The translations under genes and the position numbers were made by a program. The notes under the pieces were generated by a model. The model was not told the origin of the DNA. It saw nothing but the letters and a program-made list of their open reading frames with translations, and ran no database searches. Of a stretch of DNA of 64,000 nt, positions 34,971 to 41,195 are shown in pieces (within the stretch, counting starts at the first letter, position 1; the number at the start of each line of letters is the position of its first letter). The stretch lies in IMG/VR virus record IMGVR_UViG_3300034072_001021, positions 195,141-259,140 of that record; one strand, given 5' to 3'.

Positions 34971-35341
34971 GGGACTGATCGGCGTCGTCACTGGTTATTC
35001 TGAAACCTAAATGCGCAAGCACATGGTTATGGATATAAACGATCAACGAAAGTGAAGTCGTTGCAATGACGAACGATCAGCCCCTCTCAAGCGCGCTTGT
35101 AAGAATGTACTCGGTTGCCGATCCAAAGTAACCCTCGTAAGGTGAATTCAGCGTATAGACCTCAGGATGAGGGAAAATGCCCGGACACGAGAGGAACACA
35201 TTCTTACAAGTGGATTATTTACCGTGTAGTCTCTCAGGCGGGACACTCTCCACAGGAGCCTTCGGCACCACCACCCCACCCTATAGTGACTGGTGACCTG
35301 TTGGTGTGGAGAGGCATGTTCGATTCTAGTGCACGGTACCC
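34971..35341 (+). ncRNA. candidate structured RNA D (about 370 nt, tmRNA-sized, tRNA-like ends)
   Basis: Starts 4 nt after tRNA-Thr; 13-bp perfect helix 35096-35108/35198-35210; GNRA and UUCG hairpins; GGGACTG/CGGT(A)CCC end pairing. Confidence 0.6.
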
Positions 35342-35477
35342 TATTTCGATGATCGGCCTCGACTGCTGGCAGTGTGCCCTCAGGGTTGTGGAGATAACCT
35401 GAACGGATGACGGCAGTAAGGGCGGTGTCCACTACCCTAGAAACTTGGGTCATCGAACGAACAAAAGGACAGTGAAT

Positions 35478-35933
35478 GTGAAATGGGTCACCTGGATCGT
35501 TTCGTTATTGTTCGTGTTTGTCATGCACTACGCCGACGCTTACCCTCTCACCGAGATCAAACTTCTCAGTGATGACGTGACCAGCGTTTATGATGGCGAT
35601 ACGCTCACTGTCCAAGTGCCCTACATTCCAGACGTGTTTGGTAAAGACCTCTCCATCCGGATTGTGGGTATTGACACACCTGAGATGCGTAGTACGTGCG
35701 CAACTAAGGAACAACGTGATCGTGAGAAAGCTTTGGCCATCAGGGCCAGAGACGTAGTGGTTGCCATGGTTACATCGGGTCATCGAGTGACCCTGACCAA
35801 CCTCGATCGAGATAAATACTTCCGTATGCTAGCAAGTGTTTATGTCGACGGACGAAGTGTTTCCGATGAGCTGATAGCTCAAGGACTAGCCGTCCCTTAT
35901 TCAGGCGACACCAAGATAGGCTGGTGTGGCTAA
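35478..35933 (+). CDS. thermonuclease (SNase-like) with N-terminal signal/TM anchor
   Basis: VYDGDT, IRIVGIDTPE, DKYFRMLA, LIAQGLA; hydrophobic WVTWIVSLLFVFVM; GTG start after AAAGGA. Confidence 0.9.
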   Translation: MKWVTWIVSLLFVFVMHYADAYPLTEIKLLSDDVTSVYDGDTLTVQVPYIPDVFGKDLSIRIVGIDTPEMRSTCATKEQRDREKALAIRARDVVVAMVTSGHRVTLTNLDRDKYFRMLASVYVDGRSVSDELIAQGLAVPYSGDTKIGWCG

Positions 35934-35944
35934 TGATTCCACTG

Positions 35945-35985
35945 GTTTTATTTTTGCAGATACATTACTCATCTGACAAATAACC
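35945..35985 (+). promoter_or_regulatory. putative early promoter inside a long imperfect hairpin
   Basis: GGTTTTATTTTTG-CAGAT-ACATTACTC-ATCTG-ACAAATAACC. Confidence 0.65.
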
Positions 35986-35995
35986 AATGGAGGTT

Positions 35996-36544
35996 ATGAT
36001 GGGTAAACTAACGGGCTGGACTGTCGACGACGAGGAAGAAGTATTCGTTCCCTGTCCAGACTATCCAGACCTTTTCGACATAGGTTCTAAAGGGACTCTT
36101 AGAAGCCGCCGTACTGGTAAAATCTTATCCCAAACCCCTGACCATAAAGGCTACCTTAGACATGCCACTAAAATAGGCGGTCGTTCAGGTAAGTCGATTT
36201 GCGTAAGGGTTCATGTTCAGGTTGCTAAAGCATTTGTTGGAAGAGAATCTGACGATCTGCAAGTAAACCATCTGACAGGCGATAAGGCAAAGAACGATTA
36301 TACATCTCTCGAATGGTGCACTGGTAGTCAGAACTTAGAGCATGCACATGCTACTGGCTTAATGCGTAATGCCAAGGGAGTTGACCATCCATTAGCAGCA
36401 CTTTCTCCCGAAGATGTTGCGGTTATACTTTCTCTTAAAGGGAAGGTTAGTCAGAGAGAACTCGGAAGAAGATTTGGGGTAAATAAATCAACCATAGCCA
36501 GAGTCCATAATGGAATCGGTTATGGTGAAGAAGACCCTAGCTAG
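35996..36544 (+). CDS. free-standing HNH homing endonuclease (NUMOD4-like N-terminus, HTH C-terminus)
   Basis: VHVQVAKAF..QVNHLTGDKAKN..LEWCT..QN; C-terminal SQRELGRRFGVNKSTIARV. Confidence 0.88.
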   Translation: MMGKLTGWTVDDEEEVFVPCPDYPDLFDIGSKGTLRSRRTGKILSQTPDHKGYLRHATKIGGRSGKSICVRVHVQVAKAFVGRESDDLQVNHLTGDKAKNDYTSLEWCTGSQNLEHAHATGLMRNAKGVDHPLAALSPEDVAVILSLKGKVSQRELGRRFGVNKSTIARVHNGIGYGEEDPS

Positions 36545-36588
36545 TACTCCGCCAAACAACACCACTCCAAACCAAAAGAGTAATTGAG

Positions 36589-36765
36589 ATGACCACCACT
36601 GTACGAGTTGAAGCTCACTGCGCTAACAACAAGCAAGTTGTCGTGACCATCCAGAACCGTGTTTCCGGTGAGGTGCATGAAACGTTCATCTTGCAGGACG
36701 GTGAAAAAGCTGATCGCGTTGTCTACGACGATCGTCAGCTGCTGACCCATGAAGAATTGAAGTAA
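36589..36765 (+). CDS. small hypothetical protein, 58 aa (not in ORF track)
   Basis: MTTTVRVEAHCANNKQVVVTIQNR...HEELK; phage-like codons; upstream AAGAG. Confidence 0.65.
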   Translation: MTTTVRVEAHCANNKQVVVTIQNRVSGEVHETFILQDGEKADRVVYDDRQLLTHEELK

Positions 36766-36772
36766 AAGTTTT

Positions 36773-36975
36773 GGGATCTTAGCATAGTCCTGTGGGCTTT
36801 TGACACGGGGTGGTTAATGCGCCTTGCGGTACTCTTATCGGTGTATAGGGCAGTAGCGCATGTGGGTGGTTCTGCATGTTAGCGAAATCCCACAAGACCA
36901 GTGGGTTAATCAGGAATCCGAACGGTAAGAAAAGACGCAAAGGAGAAGGGGGTTCGAATCCTCAATTTCCCGCCA
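36773..36975 (+). ncRNA. candidate RNA E: tRNA-framed 203-nt RNA with insertions
   Basis: 5' GGGATCT-TAGCATAG..TGGTTAATGC D-arm with inserted hairpin; 3' GGGG-TTCGAAT-CCTC and ATTTCCC-G-CCA. Confidence 0.6.
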
Positions 36976-37127
36976 AACACGCCTCCTCAGAAGGGAGCTA
37001 GCCGCCTCCGAGGTCCATCCGGAGGAGGGTTCGATGTGTAACACCCAGATGGACTGTTGTACGATCTGGACATGTACCAGCCGCAGCAAGTGACTACGGT
37101 TGAAGCAGTAACCGAAACAAGCCTCTG

Positions 37128-37156
37128 ACTCCCTGCTGGTCAAACCGGCAGGGAGT
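37128..37156 (+). terminator. hairpin terminator closing the RNA cluster
   Basis: ACTCCCTGCTGGT-CAA-ACCGGCAGGGAGT. Confidence 0.7.
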
Positions 37157-37190
37157 TATGCTCCTATTCCATAAACGCAAGGGGTAAACC

Positions 37191-37571
37191 ATGAATATCC
37201 AACACATTCGTCAAATCCACAAGAAAGATGTACATGCACTGTATATCTGGAACGGGGATACCGTATCCATGCTGGAGAATAACATCTCCGTCCAAGTCTA
37301 TGTCAACGAGACCCCCATCGAAATCGACAGTGATTCTGTCATGATCAACGATGATGGCTCTGGTTACATTTTCAACGTCCGCTCCAATGATGTTGAGTGG
37401 CTGAAAACCTACGTAAAGGAAATGTTCCCTCATTTGATCGATGTAGGTCACCCCGTCGTAGATGGTGAAATATTCGATACGTGGTTTGCTTTCGTGGATG
37501 AACGTGGCGCCAAGGTCATCAACAACGATGACGCTGGCTGCACCATCGTGCAGTGGCCTGCCAATGGCTAA
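37191..37571 (+). CDS. hypothetical protein, 126 aa
   Basis: RBS AAGGGG; overlaps the next start. Confidence 0.75.
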   Translation: MNIQHIRQIHKKDVHALYIWNGDTVSMLENNISVQVYVNETPIEIDSDSVMINDDGSGYIFNVRSNDVEWLKTYVKEMFPHLIDVGHPVVDGEIFDTWFAFVDERGAKVINNDDAGCTIVQWPANG

Positions 37572-37755
37572 GGATCGTTTCTCCGAAAGTACGGAAAGCA
37601 TCTACCGCAACAGCCGGTACGTAGTCTCTCGCGAATTCGGTATAGCACCGAATGGCAATCGTTTCAACGGCATGTGGGTAGTACGTGATATCAAGACTGG
37701 CGAGTACGTTGAGCATTCCGCTCATCGACACGACATGCTTGAGAAGTACGTATGA
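37564..37755 (+). CDS. small hypothetical protein, 63 aa
   Basis: MAKDRFSESTES...; followed by a terminator. Confidence 0.6.
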   Translation: MAKDRFSESTESIYRNSRYVVSREFGIAPNGNRFNGMWVVRDIKTGEYVEHSAHRHDMLEKYV

Positions 37756-37787
37756 GGGGAGGAGGGCGATCCCTCCTCTTCTTTTTT
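37756..37787 (+). terminator. intrinsic terminator
   Basis: GGGGAGGAGGG-CGAT-CCCTCCTCTT plus T-tract. Confidence 0.75.
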
Positions 37788-37798
37788 GCCTGATTCTT

Positions 37799-38392
37799 AT
37801 GACATTAACCAACTTGGTCACTGCTATGATTTCGATGGAAGCAGCAAAGAAAGAATGGCATCCTGAGTTCACTCCTTCCTTTACTCCGGAGGAGATGCTC
37901 AAGATGGGTGTCTTCGAAGGCAAGTACATCAATATCATCAAGGGTATCCCTAGCTCGTGGAAGAAACTTCCTAAAGTCGTAGGCCCGAAGGATGAAGCTG
38001 ATGTGGAGCTGAACTACTATAAGATCAAGTCACGTCAGCCTCTGTCTGTCTGGAAGAAGAACGGATGGATCATGACGGATGAAGGCGGATGGTTCCATTG
38101 GTACTGTCTCTACTATCTGGGTCGTCGTCTCGGCAAAGAAGATGACACTCAGGTAGGGCGCTGGAAGAGCTTTGTGGCACGTCACATGGGTCAAGTCAAA
38201 GCCAGTTGCCGCCTCAACGATGAGAAGTGCCATACTAAGCAACGTCAAGGTCTTCTTCAGTGGGCTTGGGATTCGACCACGGCGTTCACTGATGAACAAC
38301 GTGAGAAGAACCTCAAGCGTATGCTGAAGCTGACAGGAACATCTCTACCAGAAGTATCTCAGGAAAGCTTACCGCCTTCCTTCAGATGGTGA
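37799..38392 (+). CDS. conserved Trp/Tyr-rich protein with putative SME propeptide (candidate head-packaged cargo)
   Basis: FTPEEML.MGVFEGKY, GWF.WYC.YY.GRR, QVGRW..F..RH; N-terminal ISME/AA. Confidence 0.8.
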   Translation: MTLTNLVTAMISMEAAKKEWHPEFTPSFTPEEMLKMGVFEGKYINIIKGIPSSWKKLPKVVGPKDEADVELNYYKIKSRQPLSVWKKNGWIMTDEGGWFHWYCLYYLGRRLGKEDDTQVGRWKSFVARHMGQVKASCRLNDEKCHTKQRQGLLQWAWDSTTAFTDEQREKNLKRMLKLTGTSLPEVSQESLPPSFRW

Positions 38393-38430
38393 CATAATGA
38401 GAGGAGGGCATCTGCCCTCCTCTCTATGCC
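38393..38430. terminator. bidirectional hairpin terminator
   Basis: GAGAGGAGGGCA-TC-TGCCCTCCTCTC with TATGCC flank, between convergent genes. Confidence 0.8.
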
Positions 38431-38431
38431 G

Positions 38432-38785
38432 TTACGATTTGACTTCAGGTTCTTCTTTCTTGTGCTCACGACGATCTTGGATCACAGTAGGTTTACCACT
38501 GAATGCCACACCCGTCAGTATTGCACCAAAACTCAAATGGAATAGACCACCTCCAGACAACGTGTACGGCTGATACTGCCGATACATGTATTCGTAGAGA
38601 AGGTTCTTGAGCGCAGGTTCTAATCCATTGGTCATCGTGATGAAGTCAGCCACAGGCTCACGATGCCAACCTATCCAGCTTGGATATATAACGAAATCAA
38701 AAACACAGATGACGGTATAGATAAGAGCACACGCCGGTTTCCAGTTATCCATCATCCATTTAAACATAACTGCTATCCGATTCAT
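38432..38785 (-). CDS. holin-like membrane protein (GTA 3TM-holin-like)
   Basis: WKPACALIYTVICVFDFVIYP and YQPYTLSGGGLFHLSFGAIL. Confidence 0.7.
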   Translation of the reverse strand: MNRIAVMFKWMMDNWKPACALIYTVICVFDFVIYPSWIGWHREPVADFITMTNGLEPALKNLLYEYMYRQYQPYTLSGGGLFHLSFGAILTGVAFSGKPTVIQDRREHKKEEPEVKS

Positions 38786-38843
38786 GGTTGTGGTCTCGAC
38801 TGTAGAGTCATAGGATCTGGTTAACTCAATCGTCTAATCAAAC

Positions 38844-38875
38844 TTATTTTAACAGCACATGATGAACTTGAATAA
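38844..38875 (+). promoter_or_regulatory. variant putative early promoter (GCACAT core)
   Basis: TTATTTTAACAGCACATGATGAACTTGAATAA aligns with the 39572 promoter. Confidence 0.5.
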
Positions 38876-38898
38876 CAAGCCATAAGGTGGAGGAACTA

Positions 38899-39516
38899 AT
38901 GCTGAGTCAACGGAAGGTTGAGCAAGTACTTGCCAACCAGAGCAGTATCGCTCGGAAGCTTTACGAAATCATGACGGTCGATCAGAAATGGAGCGTCCAT
39001 CAGGTCTTGATCGAGTTCAAAAACGTTCACGGCAATATGCCAGAACGTAAGGTGATGTCGGGCTGCCTGAACGACCTTACCGACTCAGGCCTGCTGAAAC
39101 GCAGTGGAGCCGACCTGTACAGCAAAACACCTACCCGTAAGCCGTCTGTTTCTAAAGACATGGTAGCCAAGGTAGCCGACCCCATTGCTGTCAGTTCCCG
39201 CGCGCCGGTGGTGGCAGCTACTCCCAAACCGACTGTCTCCAAACCTGCAGCACCTGTCATCCCACATTCCACTGTTCCTAAAGAGGTTCCCATGGTCTCG
39301 AAGCCAGCATCCACTGCAAAACAAGTCAACAAAGATCCGCTGGAAGTATTGGCAGGTCTGGTCAACGAAGCTCTGGAAGCCAGCAATAAACTGGTAACCA
39401 TGGCGGCTGCTCTGGAGAGTGTGTCCTTGGAGCTGAAAGCCGAGCGTGAAAAGACCAAGGCATACTCCGAGAAGATCCAGCGTCTCGATGCCTTGCTGGC
39501 CGAGTTCAAGTCGTAA
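38899..39516 (+). CDS. hypothetical protein: winged-helix-like N-terminus, Pro/Ala/Lys linker, C-terminal coiled coil
   Basis: GGAGG RBS; LNDLTDSGLLKR wing-like motif. Confidence 0.75.
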   Translation: MLSQRKVEQVLANQSSIARKLYEIMTVDQKWSVHQVLIEFKNVHGNMPERKVMSGCLNDLTDSGLLKRSGADLYSKTPTRKPSVSKDMVAKVADPIAVSSRAPVVAATPKPTVSKPAAPVIPHSTVPKEVPMVSKPASTAKQVNKDPLEVLAGLVNEALEASNKLVTMAAALESVSLELKAEREKTKAYSEKIQRLDALLAEFKS

Positions 39517-39522
39517 TACCGA

Positions 39523-39546
39523 GGAGGGCGGGATATCCCGCCCTCC
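39523..39546 (+). terminator. hairpin terminator
   Basis: GGAGGGCGGG-ATAT-CCCGCCCTCC. Confidence 0.7.
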
Positions 39547-39571
39547 CTTATTACGTACCCTTATTTTTTTA

Positions 39572-39610
39572 TTCGAATTTATTTCAACAATACATGATGC
39601 TGGTGAACAA
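39572..39610 (+). promoter_or_regulatory. putative early promoter
   Basis: TTCGAATTTATTTCAACAATACAT identical to 23700-23723. Confidence 0.75.
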
Positions 39611-39635
39611 TCCCCGATGATCTAAGGAGATCACA

Positions 39636-40376
39636 ATGTACAACCAAAACGAATTTGAGATCAACGAACACGGTAACGTGATCGTGACCCTTGAAGAAGG
39701 CGCAGAAGTGAACTACGGTCGTCTGCGACTCATCACTTCTGAGTCAGGCCGGATGCTGGTTACGGATCTTCGTAACTATGGTGACGTAGTGGAGATCTTC
39801 GGATCTGAAAGCCTGTCTATGGAACTGTTCGATGGGCGCGCCAACTTCAAACTGACTATCCAGGTCGGTGATGAAGGGTTGGCGGGTACCTTCCGTTTCT
39901 GGCCAGTGGTCAATGAAGACGTCGATCCTCTCTGCCGACTGTTTGCTGTGCAAACAGGTAAGCGAGTGACGGTCGAATCGATGGCAAGGATTCTTGCTGC
40001 GTACGAAGGCTGGGATCGTGGACAGGAAAGTGTGGAGAAGTCACATGGACTCGACAACTATTACGAAGGAATCGACCCCGACGTAATTGAAGCTACCACC
40101 TGGCCACGCATCGAGATGACATTCGACCTGGCTAAAGCGATCCTTGCCGAAAGCATCCGTGATGAACTTCGCGATCATGCATTCGGTGATAAGGAACTCT
40201 ACTGGCGCAATAAGTACGGTCATCTCATAGCCACTGGCTATTACGGTCGAGATTCTACTGACTGTGCCATGGCCGGGTTTGATGTTCATTTCGATGGTGT
40301 CGAAGCTCGCGAGTTAGTGGGTCTTGGTACGTTGGGAGACGTTGAACGCAATGATTCGTTGGATGACAACGAGTAA
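39636..40376 (+). CDS. hypothetical acidic protein, 246 aa, putatively early
   Basis: RBS AAGGAG, own promoter. Confidence 0.8.
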   Translation: MYNQNEFEINEHGNVIVTLEEGAEVNYGRLRLITSESGRMLVTDLRNYGDVVEIFGSESLSMELFDGRANFKLTIQVGDEGLAGTFRFWPVVNEDVDPLCRLFAVQTGKRVTVESMARILAAYEGWDRGQESVEKSHGLDNYYEGIDPDVIEATTWPRIEMTFDLAKAILAESIRDELRDHAFGDKELYWRNKYGHLIATGYYGRDSTDCAMAGFDVHFDGVEARELVGLGTLGDVERNDSLDDNE

Positions 40377-40431
40377 GTAATAACTCGGGGTCGATATCGA
40401 CCCCGATTACCCTTAGACCTGAGGAGGTCAC

Positions 40432-40839
40432 ATGTCTCAACAAGCAATTATCTATGCACAGGCTCTTAACTTCACATGCACAATCGAAGATAAGAAAGTG
40501 TTCATTACTGCACTGGCGTTCTCGCTGTGCATTTTGTTGATCAGTATGCTCGCGACATCCTATTGGAAAGGCACCCCTAAAGGTGCTTTCAGTCGCATCA
40601 ACCTGATCACCATGTTCTTCTGTATCCTTGGCACCGGTTTCTACCTGCAAGACCAAGATCGGGTATGTGAGTTCGCTCTCATTAACGAGAAAGGCACATG
40701 GATGCAAAAGGATGTTCGTACGATGTTCAGGCCATTTGAAGGAGTTCAATTGATCCTGATTTACGACGAGCATGACAAACGGTGGGTGGCAACACCACCT
40801 GTCGATAAACTCCTGATGTCTCCGACGAACGGTCGTTGA
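40432..40839 (+). CDS. hypothetical membrane protein, 135 aa
   Basis: RBS GAGGAGG; two hydrophobic segments. Confidence 0.7.
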   Translation: MSQQAIIYAQALNFTCTIEDKKVFITALAFSLCILLISMLATSYWKGTPKGAFSRINLITMFFCILGTGFYLQDQDRVCEFALINEKGTWMQKDVRTMFRPFEGVQLILIYDEHDKRWVATPPVDKLLMSPTNGR

Positions 40840-40917
40840 CAAGCAATGGAGTTGCTGTAAAATGGAGCATGGATGAGAATTATCTCATCCATGTAAAATC
40901 AATCTAACGGAGAAATT

Positions 40918-41124
40918 ATGAAGAATGGTAAAAAGAAGAACGGCAAAGCCGTAATCAAGGAAGAAAAACAAGTAGCTAAAAAGCTAGTGCGTAAGGTCAA
41001 GAAATTGATCGTCAAACACAAATGGAAGATAACCAAGTTTGCAGTGATGGGGGTTTACAGAAATTGGGACGTCATAGAACCGCAACTTGCAATATGGATG
41101 GAGGTCATCAAGACTCTGTTCTAA
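40918..41124 (+). CDS. small Lys-rich protein, 68 aa
   Basis: RBS GGAG; followed by a bidirectional terminator. Confidence 0.6.
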   Translation: MKNGKKKNGKAVIKEEKQVAKKLVRKVKKLIVKHKWKITKFAVMGVYRNWDVIEPQLAIWMEVIKTLF

Positions 41125-41139
41125 TGGAAACAACATAGT

Positions 41140-41195
41140 GACCACTGCAGAGGTTAGCGCCTCTGCAGTGGTCTACTGTGCTTTTTTCTTTTTTG
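41140..41195. terminator. bidirectional terminator
   Basis: 14-bp stem GACCACTGCAGAGG/CCTCTGCAGTGGTC plus T-tract. Confidence 0.85.

Noticed and set aside
34971-35341. Canonical tmRNA (ssrA) call
   Set aside because: No G3:U70 pair, weak T-stem, no ALAA-type tag; kept only as an unassigned tmRNA-like candidate
35115-35453. 95-aa and 101-aa ORFs over RNA D; 36910-37143 ORF over RNA E
   Set aside because: Non-ATG starts, no RBS, atypical codons, and they coincide with long RNA helices
35996-36544. IscB/HEARO-type RNA-guided nuclease, given the nearby structured RNAs
   Set aside because: The protein is a short NUMOD4-HNH-HTH type without RuvC motifs or a PLMP N-terminus
36541-36750. 69-aa minus-strand ORF from the track
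   Set aside because: It is the antisense shadow of the better-supported plus-strand 58-aa gene at 36589-36765
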